DNA of 64,000 nucleotides from assembly GCA_032718475.1 (NCBI GenBank), contig JAUCBJ010009115.1:1-64000 (forward strand). Direction: 5' to 3'. This DNA comes from Nemertoderma westbladi. Lineage: Eukaryota; Animalia; Xenacoelomorpha. Below are positions 35,801-50,646 of this stretch, one piece after another. The translations under genes were made by a program, and so were the position numbers. The notes beneath the pieces were generated by a model, which worked only from the letters and a program-made list of their open reading frames with translations, made no database searches and was not told the origin of the DNA. Within the stretch, counting starts at the first letter, position 1. Every line of letters starts with the position of its first letter.

Positions 35801-38800
35801 ACAGTAAAACACGAGTAAAACAGTAAAACACGAGTAAAACAGTAAAACATTACAACACTAGTAAAACTTAAAACACTAGTAAAACATTAAAACACTAGTA
35901 AAACATTAAAACACTAGTAACACAGTAAAACACTAGTAAAACAGTAAAACACTAGTCAAACAGTAAAATACTAGTAAAACATTAAAACACTCGTAAACAT
36001 TAAAACACGAGTAAAACAGTAAAACACTAGTAAAACAGTAAAACACTAGTAAAACATTAAAACACTAGTAACACAGTAAAACACTAGTAAAACACTAGTA
36101 AAACAGTAAAACACTAGTAAAACAGTAAAACACTAGTAAAACAGTAAAACTCTAGTAAAACAGTAAAACACTAGTAACACAGTAAAACACTAGTAAAACA
36201 GTAAAACACTAGTAAAACATTAAAACACGAGTAAAACAGTAAAACACGAGTAAAACAGTAAAACACTAGTAAAACAGTAAAACACTAGTAAAACATTAAA
36301 ACACTAGTAAACAATAAAACACTAGTAAACATTAAAACACGAGTAAAACAGTAAAACACTAGTAAAACAGTAAAACACGAGTAAAACAGTAAGACACTAT
36401 TAAAACAGTAAAACACTAGTAAAACATTAAAACACTCGTAAACATTAAAACACGAGTAAAACAGTAAAACACTAGTAAAACAGTAAAACACTAGTAAAAC
36501 AGTAAAACACTAGTAACACAGTAAAACACTAGTAAAACAGTAAAACACTAGTAAAACATTAAAACACTAGTAAAACATTAAACACTAGTAAAACAGTAAA
36601 ACATTACAACACTAGTAAAACTTAAAACACTAGTAAAACAGTAAAACACTAGTAAAACAGTAAAACACTAGTAACACAGTAAAACACTAGTAAAACAGTA
36701 AAACACTAGTAAAACAGTAAAACACTAGTAAAACAGTAAAACACTAGTAAAACAGTAAAACACTAGTAAAACAGTAAAACACTAGTAAAACAGTAAAACA
36801 CTAGTAAAACAGTAAAACACGAGTAAAACAGTAAAACACGAGTAAAACAGTAAAACACTAGTAAAACAGTAAAACACTAGTAAAACATTAAAACACTAGT
36901 AAACATTAAAACACGAGTAAAACAGTAAAACACTAGTAAAACATTAAAACACTAGTAAAACATTAAACACTAGTAAAACAGTAAAACATTACAACACTAG
37001 TAAAACTTAAAACACTAGTAAAACATTAAAACACTAGTAAAACAGTAAAACACTAGTAACACAGTAAAACACTAGTAAAACAGTAAAACACTAGTAAAAC
37101 ATTAAAACACTAGTAAAACATTAAACACTAGTAAAACAGTAAAACATTACAACACTAGTAAAACATTAAATCACTAGTAAAACATTAAAACACTAGTAAA
37201 ACAGTAAAACACTAGTCAAACAGTAAAACACGAGTAAAACAGTAAAACACGAGTAAAACAGTAAAACACTAGTAAAACAGTAAAACACTAGTAAAACAGT
37301 AAAACACTAGTAAAACAGTAAAACACTAGTAACACAGTAAAACACTAGTAAAACATTAAAACACTAGTAAAACATTAAACACTAGTAAAACAGTAAAACA
37401 CTAGTAAAACAGTAAAACACTAGTAAAACAGTAAAACACGAGTAAAACAGTAAAACACTAGTAAAACATTAAAACACTAGTAAAACATTAAACACTAGTA
37501 AACATTAAAACACGAGTAAAACAGTAAAACACTAGTAAAACAGTAAAACAGTAGTAAAACAGTAAAACACTAGTAACACAGTAAAACACTAGTAAAACAG
37601 TAAAACACGAGTAAAACAGTAAAACAGTAAAACACTAGTAAAACATTAAAACACTAGTAAACATTAAAACACGAGTAAAACAGTAAAACACTAGTAACAC
37701 AGTAAAACACTAGTAAAACATTAAAACACTAGTAAAACATTAAACACTAGTAAACATTAAAACACGAGTAAAACAGTATAACACTAGTAAAACAGTAAAA
37801 CAGTAGTAAAACAGTAAAACACTAGTAACACAGTAAAACACTAGTAAAACAGTAAAACACGAGTAAAACAGTAGAACACGAGTAAAACAGTAAAACACTA
37901 GTAAAACAGTAAAACACTAGTAAAACATTAAAACACTAGTAAACATTAAAACACGAGTAAAACAGTAGAACACGAGTAAAACAGTAAAACACTAGTAAAA
38001 CAGTAAAACACTAGTAAAACATTAAAACACTAGTAAACATTAAAACACGAGTAAAACAGTAAAACACTAGTAAAACAGTAAAACACTAGTAAAACAGTAA
38101 AACACTAGTAACACAGTAAAACACTAGTAAAACAGTAAAACACTAGTAAAACATTAAAACACTAGTAAAACATTAAACACTAGTAAAACAGTAAAACATT
38201 ACAACACGAGTAAAACTTAAAACACTAGTAAAACATTAAAACACTAGTAAAACAGTAAAACACTAGTAACACAGTAAAACACTAGTAAAACAGTAAAACA
38301 CTAGTAAAACATTAAAACACTAGTAAAACATTAAACACTAGTAAAACAGTAAAATATTACAACACTAGTAAAACTTAAAACACTAGTAAAACAGTAAAAC
38401 ACTAGTAAAACAGTAAAACACTAGTAACACAGTAAAACACTAGTAAAACAGTAAAACACGAGTAAAACAGTAAAACACTAGTAAAACAGTAAAACACTAG
38501 TAAAACATTAAAACACTAGTAAAACAGTAAAACACTAGTAAAACAGTAAAACACTAGTAAAACAGTAAAACACGAGTAAAACAGTAAAACACGAGTAAAA
38601 CAGTAAAACACTAGTAAAACAGTAAAACACTAGTAAAACATTAAAACACTAGTAAACATTAAAACACGAGTAAAACAGTAAAACACTAGTAAAACAGTAA
38701 AACACTAGTAAAACAGTAAAACACTAGTAACACAGTAAAACACTAGTAAAACAGTAAAACACTAGTAAAACATTAAAACACTAGTAAAACATTAAACACT

Positions 38801-41442
38801 AGTAAAACAGTAAAACATTACAACACTAGTAAAACTTAAAACACTAGTAAAACATTAAAACACTAGTAAAACAGTAAAACACTAGTAACACAGTAAAACA
38901 CTAGTAAAACAGTAAAACACTAGTAAAACATTAAAACACTAGTAAAACATTAAACACTAGTAAAACAGTAAAACATTACAACACTAGTAAAACATTAAAT
39001 CACTAGTAAAACATTAAAACACTAGTAAAACAGTAAAACACTAGTAAAACAGTAAAACACTAGTAAAACAGTAAAACACTAGTAACACAGTAAAACACTA
39101 GTAAAACATTAAAACACTAGTAAAACATTAAACACTAGTAAACATTAAAACACGAGTAAAACAGTAAAACACTAGTAAAACAGTAAAACAGTAGTAAAAC
39201 AGTAAAACACTAGTAACACAGTAAAACACTAGTAAAACAGTAAAACACGAGTAAAACAGTAAAACACTAGTAAAACAGTAAAACACTAGTAAAACATTAA
39301 AACACTAGGAAACATTAAAACACGAGTAAAACAGTAAAACACTAGTAAAACAGTAAAACACTAGTAAAACAGTAAAACACTAGTAACACAGTAAAACACT
39401 AGTAAAACAGTAAAACACTAGTAAAACATTAAAACACTAGTAAAACATTAAACACTAGTAAAACAGTAAAACATTACAACACTAGTAAAACTTAAAACAC
39501 TAGTAAAACATTAAAACACTAGTAAAACAGTAAAACACTAGTAACACAGTAAAACACTAGTAAAACAGTAAAACACTAGTAAAACATTAAAACACTAGTA
39601 AACATTAAACACTAGTAAAACAGTAAAACATTACAACACTAGTAAAACATTAAATCACTAGTAAAACATTAAAACACTAGTAAAACAGTAAAACACTAGT
39701 AAAACAGTAAAACACTAGTCAAACAGTAAAACACGAGTAAAACAGTAAAACACGAGTAAAACAGTAAAACACTAGTAAAACAGTAAAACACTAGTAAAAC
39801 AGTAAAACACTAGTAAAACAGTAAAACACTAGTAACACAGTAAAACACTAGTAAAACATTAAAACACTAGTAAACATTAAAACACGAGTAAAACAGTAAA
39901 ACACTAGTAACACAGTAAAACACTAGTAAAATATTAAAACACTAGTAAAACATTAAACACTAGTAAATATTAAAACACGAGTAAAACAGTAAAACACTAG
40001 TAAAACAGTAAAACAGTAGTAAAACAGTAAAACACTAGTAACACAGTAAAACACTAGTAAAACAGTAAAACACTAGTAAAACAGTTAAACACTAGTAAAA
40101 CAGTAAAACACTAGTAACACAGTAAAACACTAGTAAAACAGTAAAACACTAGTAAAACAGTAAAACACTAGTAAAACAGTAAAACACTAGTAACACAGTA
40201 AAACAATAGTAACACAGTAAAACAATAGTAACACAGTAAAACACTAGTAAAACAGTAAAACACTAGTAAAACAGTAAAACACTAGTAAAACAGTAAAACA
40301 CTAGTAACACAGTAAAACACTAGTAAATCAGTAAAACACTAGTAAAACATTAAAACACGAGTAAAACAGTAAAACACGAGTAAAACAGTAAAACACGAGT
40401 AAAACAGTAAAACACTAGTAAAACATTAAAACACTAGTAAAACATTAAAACACTAGTAAACATTAAAACACGAGTAAAGCAGTAAAACACTAGTAAAACA
40501 GTAAAACACTAGTAAAACAGTAAAACACTAGTAACACAGTAAAACACTAGTAAAACAGTAAAACACTAGTAAAACATTAAAACACTAGTAAAACATTAAA
40601 CACTAGTAAAACAGTAAAACATTACAACACTAGTAAAACATTAAAACACTAGTAAAACATTAAAACACTAGTAAAACAGCAAAACACTAGTAAAACATTA
40701 AAACACTAGTAAAACATTAAACACTAGTAAAACAGTAAAACATTACAACACTAGTAAAATATTAAAACACTAGTAAAACATTAAAACACTAGTAAAACAT
40801 TAAAACACTAGTAAAACATTAAAACACTAGTAAAACAGTAAAACACTAGTAAAACAGTAAAACACTAGTAAAACAGTAATACACTAGTAAAACAGTAAAA
40901 CACTAGTGAAACATTGAAACACTAGTAAAACAGTAAAACATTGCCAGTCTTATCAGCCTAGGCTGAAAAGACTCTCCAGTTTTTTCCCTATATTTCTGTA
41001 TTAACGGAAAGGGGCAGGTTACAGTGGCGGGCGTTTCTAACCAAAACAATAAACGATAACTCAATAACATAGGTTACAGTTTTATTTTTGCAATATACGA
41101 AAATAACACAGGTATCTCAACCTAAGAGGAGTGTTCTCAACCTAGGCTGATATAACTGGGGAGTGTTCTCAGCCTAGGCTGAGACGACTGAGGAGTGTTC
41201 TCAGCCTAGGTTGAGATGACTGGGGGTGGGGAGTATTTCAAGAGGGAGTTATCTCAGCCTTGTGCACCGGGCAATTAAGGAAGAGTAACAAATAAGTTAG
41301 TATATTCAGGATTACCAATTATTTAGAGTTCCATCTCCAGACTCCATACTTAGGTTGAATTTTCTACTGATCAATATTTTCACTGTTTTCCGGGTGTTTT
41401 ACTGTTTTACTAGTGTTTTCCTAATTCACTACCCCGCATAGG
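26878..41442. mobile_element. Putative TIR element whose left terminal region expanded into the 19-bp satellite
   Basis: Left TTAGGAATAAAACCCTAGTAAAACAGTAAAACA is mirrored by TGTTTTACTGTTTTACTAGTGTTTTCCTAA at 41395-41424. Internal inverted CTCAGCCTAGGCTGA-type repeats at 40950-41220. TSD not resolved. Confidence 0.55.
26921..40940. repeat. 14-kb A-rich 19-bp satellite (11+8 nt subunits) in intron 3
   Basis: Unit ACTAGTAAAACAGTAAAAC with variants (CATT, CACGAG, AACAC), roughly 740 units, with about 3.3-kb higher-order repeats. Confidence 0.98.
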
Positions 41443-41995
41443 ACTGGAAAAGAGGGAAAATTTAGGTTTTAACCATTATCTGAAAACGAAAAATATCATT
41501 CTCAGATAATAAATTGCATTCAAAGATTAAAGCCCCACCCCCCTCCCCACTGCGCTCAAAACTGTTTTTACGGTCAGTTAACAATAATGTCGGTTAAATT
41601 GCACTGAGGAGCAATGATTGGCGGTTGAATTCCCGAGTTCGATTGTAATATTTGGTGAAATGTCTGTCGGTCTGTCGGTCTGTTTTCTTACATCTTGATG
41701 GACACACAAGCAGACTTACGAACAGCGATAACTCGAAAACTAAAAGAACGAAAAGATTACTTAGCTTTTTTCAGATAATAATTCCTCATTAAATTCTGCT
41801 CTAGATGAAATATAAAATAAGAATATGAAATTTTGGTTCGAGGTATGTTTTGTTTACCGACCCCCCCCCCCCCCCCCCCCACCCTTAAGGTTTCATATTC
41901 ATTATATCAACCCAACCTATAAATTATATATCCTTTTACATATAAAAATATTCAAATTTATTTTGCTATTTTTATTTATATAATTTATTATTTAG

Positions 41996-42101
41996 AGATG
42001 CTTCGGGGTTTTTCGACGCAGAGAAATCCCGACTGTTGATGGAAATGGACGAACTGAGAGAGCAGAAGAAAAAGTCGGATGGAAACTTTCGGCTCATGCT
42101 G
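41996..42101 (+). CDS. JAKMIP-like: JAKMIP-family-like protein, coding exon 4
   Basis: tttag|A+DASGFFDAEKSRLLMEMDELREQKKKSDGNFRLML|gtaaat. Matches recalled JAKMIP1 EARRAFDGERLRLQQEILELKAARK. Confidence 0.88.
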
Positions 42102-45100
42102 GTAAATATTTTACCATAAATATAGAAGCTGGTAAATATTGTACCACAAATATATAAGCTGGTAAATATTGTACCATAAATATAGAAGCTGGTAAATATT
42201 GTACCACAAATATAGAAGATGGTAAATATTGTACCACAAATATATGAGCTGGTAAATATTGTACCACAAATATATAAGCTGGTACTTATTGTACCACAAA
42301 TATATAAGCTGGTAAATATTGTACCACAAATATAGAAGCTGGTAAATATTGTACCACAAATATAGAAGCTGGTAATTATTGTACCACAAATATAGAAGCT
42401 TCTAAATATTGTACCACAAATATATAAGCTGGTAAATATTGCACCACAAATATAGAAGCTGGTAAATATTGTACCACAAATATAGAAGCTTGTAAATATT
42501 GTACCACAAATATATAAGTTGGCAAATATTGTACCACAAATATAGAAGCTGGTAAATATTGTTCCACAAATATAGAAGTTGGTACTTATTGTACCACAAA
42601 TATATAAGCTGGTACTTATTGTACCACAAATATAGAAGCTGGTAAATATTGTACCACAAATACAGAAGCTGGTAAATATTGCACCACAAATATAGAAGCC
42701 GTTAAATATTGTACCACAAATATAGAAGCTGGTAAATATTGTACCACAAATATAGAAGCTGGTAAATATTGAACCACAAATATAGAAGCTGGTAATTATT
42801 GTACCACAAATATAGAAGCTTCTAAATATTGTACCACAAATATATAAGCTGGTAAATATTGCACCACAAATATAGAAGCTGGTAAATATTGCACCACAAA
42901 TATAGAAGCTGGTTAATATTGCACCACAAATATATAAGCTGGTAAATATTGTACCACAAATATAGAAGCTGGTAAATATTGTACCACAAATATAGAAGCT
43001 TGTAAATATTGTACCACAAATATATAAGTTGGCAAATATTGTACCACAAATATAGAAGCTGGTAAATATTGCACCACAAAAAATATATAAGCTGGTAAAT
43101 ATTGCACCACAAATATATAAGCTGGTAAATATTGTACCACAAAAATAAAAGCTGGTAAATATTGTACCACAAATATAGAAGCTGGTAAATATTGTACCAC
43201 AAATATAGAAGCTGGTAAATATTGTACCACAAATATATAAGCTGGTAAAAATTGTACCACAAATATAGAAGCTGGTAAATATTGTACCACAAATATAGAA
43301 GCTGGTAAATATTGAACCACAAATAAAGAAGCTGGTAATTATTGTACCACAAATATAGAAGCTTCTAAATATTGTACCACAAATATATAAGCTGGTAAAT
43401 ATTGCACCACAAATATAGAAGCTGGTAAATATTGTACCACAAATATAGAAGCTTGTAAATATTGTACCACAAATATAGAAGCTGGTAAATATTGTACCAC
43501 AAATATATAAGCTGGTAAATATTGTACCACAAATATATAAACTGTTAAATATTGTACCACAAATATAGAAGCTGGTAAATATTACACCACAAATATAGAA
43601 GCTGGTAAATATTGCACCACAAATATAGAAGCTGGTTAATATTGCACCACAAATATATAAGCTGGTAAATATTGTACCACAAATATAGAAGCTGGTAAAT
43701 ATTGTACCACAAATATAGAAGCTTGTAAATATTGTACCACAAATATATAAGTTGGCAAATATTGTACCACAAATATAGAAGCTGGTAAATATTGCACCAC
43801 AAAAAATATATAAGCTGGTAAATATTGCACCACAAATATATAAGCTGGTAAATATTGTACCACAAAAATAAAAGCTGGTAAATATTGTACCACAAATATA
43901 GAAGCTGGTAAATATTGTACCACAAATATAGAAGCTGGTAAATATTGTACCACAAATATATAAGCTGGTAAAAATTGTACCACAAATATATAAGCTGGTA
44001 AAAATTGTACCACAAATATATAAGCTGTTAAATATTGCACCACAAATATATAAGCTGGTAAATATTGTACCACAAATATATAAGCTGGTAAATATTGCAC
44101 CACAAATATAGAAGCTGGTAAATATTGTACCACAAATATAAAAGCTGGAAAATATTGTACCACAAATATAGAAGCTGGTAAATATTGCACCACAAATATA
44201 AAAGATGGTAAATATTGTACCACAAATATAGAAGCTGGTAAATATTGTACCACAAATATATAAGCTGGTAAATATTGTACCACAAATATAGAAGCTGGTA
44301 AATATTGTACCACAAATATATAAGCTGTTAAATCTTGCACCACAAATATATAAGCTGGTAAATATTGTACCACAAATATAAAAGCTGGTAAATATTGCAC
44401 CACAAATATAGAAGCTGGTAAATATTGCACCACAAATATAAAAGATGGTAAATATTGTACCACAAATATAGAAGCTGGTAAATATTGTACCACAAATATA
44501 TAAGTTGGTAAATATTGTACCACAAATATAGAAGCTGGTAAATATTGCACCACAAAAATTATATAAGCTGGTAAATATTGCACCACAAATATATAAGCTG
44601 GTAAATATTGTACCACAAATATAAAAGCTGGTAAATATTGTACCACAAATATAGAAGCTGGTAAATATTGTACCACAAATATAAAAGTTGGTAAATATTG
44701 TACCACAAATATAAAAGCTGGAAAATATTGTACCACAAATATAGAAGCTGGTAAATATTGCACCACAAATATAAAAGATTGTAAATATTGTACCACAAAT
44801 ATAGAAGCTGGTAAATATTGTACCACAAATATATAAGCTGGTAAATATTGCACCACAAATATAGAAGCTGGTAAATATTGCACCACAAATATAGAAGCTG
44901 GTAAATATTGCACCACAAATATAGAAGCTGGTAAATATTGCACCACAAATATAGAAGCTGGTAAATATTGCACCACAAATATATAAGCTGGTAAATATTT
45001 CACCACAAATATATAAGCTAGTAAATATTGCACCACAAATATATAAGCTGGTAAATATTGTACCACAAATATAGAAGTTTGTAAATATTGCACCACAAAT

Positions 45101-48100
45101 ATAGAAGCTGGTAAATATTGCACCACAAATATAGAAGCTGGTAAATATTGCACCACAAATATATAAGCTGGTAAATATTGCACCACAAATATATAAGCTG
45201 GTAAATATTGCACCACAAATATATAAGCTGGTAAATATTGTACCACAAATATAGAAGCTTGTAAATATTGCACCACAAATATAGAAGCTGGTAAATATTG
45301 CACCACAAATATAGAAGCTGGTAAATATTGCACCACAAATATATAAGCTGGTTAATATTGTACCACAAATATAGAAGCTTGTAAATATTGCACCACAAAT
45401 ATAGAAGCTGGTAAATATTGCACCACAAATATAGAAGATGGTACTTATTGCACCACAAATATATAAGCTGGTAAATATTGCACCACAAATATAGAACATG
45501 GTACTTATTGCACCACAAATATATAAGCTGGTAAATATTGCACCACAAATATAGAAGCTGGTAAATATTGTACCACAAATATATAAGCTGGTTAATATTG
45601 TACCACAAATATAGAAGCTGGTAAATATTGTACCACAATTATATAAGCTGCTAAATATTGTACCACAAATATATAAGCTGGTAAATATTGTACCACAAAT
45701 ATAGAAGCTGGTAAATATTGTACCACAAATATAGAAGCTGGTAAATATTGCACCACAAATATAGAAGATGGTACTTATTGCACCACAAATATATAAGCTG
45801 GTAAATATTGCACCACAAATATAGAAGATGGTACTTATTGCACTACAAATATAGAAGTTGGTAAATATTGTACCACAAATATAGAAGCTGGTAAATATTG
45901 TACCACAAATATAGAAGCTGGTAAATATTGCACCACAAATATAGAAGATGGTACTTATTGCACTACAAATATAGAAGTTGGTAAATATTGCACCACAAAT
46001 ATAGAAGATGGTACTTATTGCACTACAAATATAGAAGTTGGTAAATATTGTACCACAAATATAGAAGCTGGTAAATATTGTACCACAAATATAGAAGCTG
46101 GTAAATATTGCACCACAAATATAGAAGATGGTACGTATTGCACCACAAATATAGAAATTGGTAAATATTGTACTACAAATATAGAAGCTGGTACTTATTG
46201 TACCATACATATATAAGCTGGTAAATATTGTACCACAAATATAGAAGCTGGTAAATATTGCACCACAAATATATAAGCTGCTAAATATTGTACCACAAAT
46301 ATATAAGCTGGTAAATATTGCACTACAAATATATAAGCTGGTACTTATTGTACCACAAATATAGAAGCTGGTAAATATTGTACCACAAATATAGAAGCTG
46401 GTAAATATTGTACCACAAATATAAAAGCTGGTAAATATTGCACCACAAATATAGAAGCTGGTAAATATTGTACCACAAATATATAAGCTGCTAAATATTG
46501 TACCACAAATATATAAGCTGGTAAATATTGCACCACAAATATAGAAGCTGGTACTTATTGTACCACAAATATAGAAGCTGGTAAATATTGTACCACAATA
46601 TAGAAGCTGGTAAATATTGTACCACAAATATAGAAGCTGGTAAATATTGCACCACAAATATAGAAGATGGTACTTATTGCACCACAAATATAGAAGTTGG
46701 TAAATATTGTACCACAAATATAGAAGCTGGTAAATATTGTACCACAAATATAGAAGCTGGTAAATATTGCACCACAAAACAGAAGATGGTACTTATTGCA
46801 CCACAAATATAGAAGTTGGTAAATATTGTACCACAAATATAGAAGCTGGTAAATATTGTACCACAAATATAGAAGCTGGTAAATATTGTACCACAAATAT
46901 AGAAGCTGGTAAATATTGTACCACAAATATAGAAGCTGGTAAATATTGCACCACAAATATAGAAGATGGTACTTATTGCACCACAAATATAGAAGTTGGT
47001 AAATATTGTACCACAAATATAGAAGCTGGTAAATATTGTACCACATTATAGAAGCTGGTAAATATTGCACCACAAAATAGAAGATGGTACTTATTGCACC
47101 ACAAATATAGAAGATGGTACTTATTGCACCACAAATATAGAAGCTGGTAAATATTGCACCACAAATATAGAAGATGGTACTTATTGCACCACAAATATAG
47201 AAGTTGGTAAATATTGTACCACAAATATAGAAGCTGGTAAATATTGTACCACAAATATAGAGGCTGGTAAATATTGTACCACAAATATAGAAGCTGGTAA
47301 ATATTGCACCACAAATATAGAAGATGGTACTTATTGCACCACAAATATAGAAGTTGGAAAATATTGTACCACAAATATAGAAGCTGTTAAATATTGTACC
47401 ACAGATATAGAAGCTGGTAAATATTGCACCACAAAATAGAAGATGGTACTTATTGCACCACAAATATAGAAGTTGGTAAATATTGTACCACAAATATATA
47501 AGCTGGTACTTATTGTACCACAAATATATAAGCTGGTAAATATTGTACCACAAATATAGAAGCTGGTAAATATTGCACCACAAATGAAAAAGCTGGTAAA
47601 TATTGCACCACAAATATAGAAGCTGGTAAATATTACACCACAAATATAGAAGCTGCTAAATATTGTACCACAAATATATAAGCTGGTAAATATTGCACCA
47701 CAAATATATAAGCTGGTAAATATTGTACCACAAATATAGAAGCTGGTAAATATTGTACCACAAATATAGAAGCTGGTAAAAATTGTACCGCAAATATAGA
47801 AGCTGGTAGATATTGCACCACAAAATAGAAGATGGTACTTATTGCACCACAAATATAGAAGATGGTACTTATTGCACCACAAATATAGAAGCTGGTAAAT
47901 ATTGTACCACAAATATATAAGCTGGTAAATATTGTACCACAAATACAGAAGCTGGTAAATATTGTACCACAAATATAGAAGCTGGTAAATATTGCACCAC
48001 AAATGAAAAAGCTGGTAAATATTGCACCACAAATATAGAAGCTGGTAAATATTGTACCACAAATATAGAAGCTGGTAAATATTGTACCACAGATATAGAA

Positions 48101-50336
48101 GCTGGTAAATATTGTACAACAAATATAGAAGCTGGTAAATATTGTACCACAAATATAGAAGCTGGTAAATATTGCACCACAAATGAAAAAGCTGGTAAAT
48201 ATTGCACCACAAATATAGAAGATGGTACTTATTGCACCACAAATATAGAAGCTGGTAAATATTGTACCACAAATATATAAGCTGGTAAATATTGTACCAC
48301 AAATATAGAAGCTGGTAAATATTGTACCACAAATATAGAAGCTTGTAAATATTGTACCACAAATATAGAAGCTGGTAAATATTGCACCACAAATATAGAA
48401 GATGGTACTTATTGCACCACAAATATAGAAGTTGGTAAATATTGCACCACAAATATAGAAGCTGGTAAATATTGTACCACAAATATAGAAGCTGGTAAAT
48501 ATTGCACCTCAAAATAGAAGATGGTTCTTATTGCACCACAAATATAGAAGTTGGTAAATATTGTACCACAAATATATAAGCTGGTACTTATTGTACCACA
48601 AATATATAAGCTGGTAAATATTGTACCACAAATATAGAAGCTGGTAAATATTGCACCACAAATGAAAAAGCTGGTAAATATTGCACCACAAATATAGAAG
48701 CTGGTAAATATTACACCACAAATATAGAAGCTGCTAAATATTGTACCACAAATATATAAGCTGGTAAATATTGCACCACAAATATATAAGCTGGTAAATA
48801 TTGTACCACAAATATAGAAGCTGGTAAATATTGTACCACAAATATAGAAGCTGGTAAAAATTGTACCACAAATATAGAAGCTGGTAGATATTGTACCACA
48901 AATATAGAAGCTGGTAAATATTGTACCACAAATATAGAAGCTGGTAAATATTGCACCACAAATGAAAAAGCTGGTAAATATTGCACCACAAATATACAAG
49001 CTGGTAAATATTGTACCACAAATATAGAAGCTGGTAAATATTGTACCACAAATATATAAGCTGGTAAATATTGCACCACAAATATATAAGCTGGTAAATA
49101 TTGTACCACAAATATAGAAGCTGGTAAATATTGTACCACAAATATAGAAGCTGTTAAAAATTTGGACCACAAATATAGAAGCTGGTAGATATTGCACCAC
49201 AAAATAGAAGATGGTACTTATTGCACCACAAATATAGAAGATGGTACTTATTGCACCACAAATATAGAAGATGGTACTTATTGCACCACAAATATAGAAG
49301 CTGGTAAATATTGTACCACAAATATATAAGCTGGTAAATATTGTACCACAAATATAGAAGCTGGTAAAAATTGTACCACAAATATAGAAGCTGGTAGATA
49401 TTGCACCACAAAATAGAAGATGGTACTTATTGCACCACAAATATAGAAGATGGTACTTATTGCACCACAAATATAGAAGTTGGTAAATATTGTACCACAA
49501 ATATAGAAGCTGGTAAATATTGTACCACAAATATAGAAGCTGGTAAATATTGTACCACAAATATAGAAGCTGGTAAATATTGTACCACAAATATAGAAGA
49601 TGGTACTTATTGCACCACAAATATAGAAGTTGGTAAATATTGTTCCACAAATATAGAAGCTGGTAAATATTGTACCACAGATATAGAAGCTGGTAAATAT
49701 TGCACCACAAAATAGAAGATGGTACTTATTGCACCACAAATATAGAAGTTGGTAAATATTGTACCACAAATATATAAGCTGGTACTTATTGTACCACAAA
49801 TATATAAGCTGGTAAATATTGTACCACAAATATAGAAGCTGGTAAATATTGTACCACAAATATATAAGCTGGTAAATATTGCACCACAAATATATAAGCT
49901 GGTAAATATTGCACCACAAATATATAAGCTGGTAAATATTGTACCACAAATATAGAAGCTGGTAAATATTGTACCACAAATATAGAAGCTGGTAAAAATT
50001 GTACCACAAATATAGAAGCTGGTAGATATTGCCCCACAAATATAGAAGCCGGTAAATATTGCACCACAAATATAGAAGCTGGTAAATATTGCACCACAAA
50101 TATAGAAGCTGGTAAAAATTTACCACAAATATAGAAGCCGGTAAATATTGCACAACAAATATAGAAGCCAGTAAATATTGCACCACAAATATAGAAGCTG
50201 GTAAATATTGCACCACAAATATAGAAGCTGGTAAAAATTGTACCACAAATATAGAAGCTGGTAAAAATTGTACCACAAATATAGAAGCCGGTAAATATTG
50301 CACCACAAATATAGAAGCCGGTAAATATTGCACCAT
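42098..50336. repeat. 8.2-kb 30-bp tandem array starting at the exon 4 donor and filling intron 4
   Basis: Unit GCTGGTAAATATTG(T/C)ACCACAAATATA(G/T)AA, about 275 units. The first unit overlaps the last 4 nt of the exon. Confidence 0.98.
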
Positions 50337-50416
50337 ATAGAATACATATACATATAAAATATTTACTTATACATTACAAATTTACTTATACATTAAACTA
50401 CAAAATTATCTTACAG

Positions 50417-50521
50417 CAAGCCAACAAAGAGAAAACCGAAGAGATACGAACCATGATGAAAGACCACAAAAAGGAACTGGAAAGATTGAAAAAATCCGCG
50501 GAATTGGATGTTAGAAAGTTG
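50417..50521 (+). CDS. JAKMIP-like: JAKMIP-family-like protein, coding exon 5
   Basis: ttacag|QANKEKTEEIRTMMKDHKKELERLKKSAELDVRKL|gtgagt. Matches recalled JAKMIP1 QADKTKAADLR..HQDEVHRIKRECERDIRRL. Confidence 0.9.
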
Positions 50522-50646
50522 GTGAGTTCAGTTCAATAGGAACAAAATTCTCAACGTTTATTTATACTGTATAAACACTAACTGTACATGTAAATTGATT
50601 GTTGTTTATGTATCACAGCAATTAAAAAACTATTTATAAATTTCAG

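Noticed and set aside
41972-50353. 1601-aa and other long minus-strand ORFs (ICGTIFTSFY repeats)
   Set aside because: They are by-products of a 30-bp unit lacking stops in several frames. They shift frame at indels and lie antisense within an intron of a well-supported gene.
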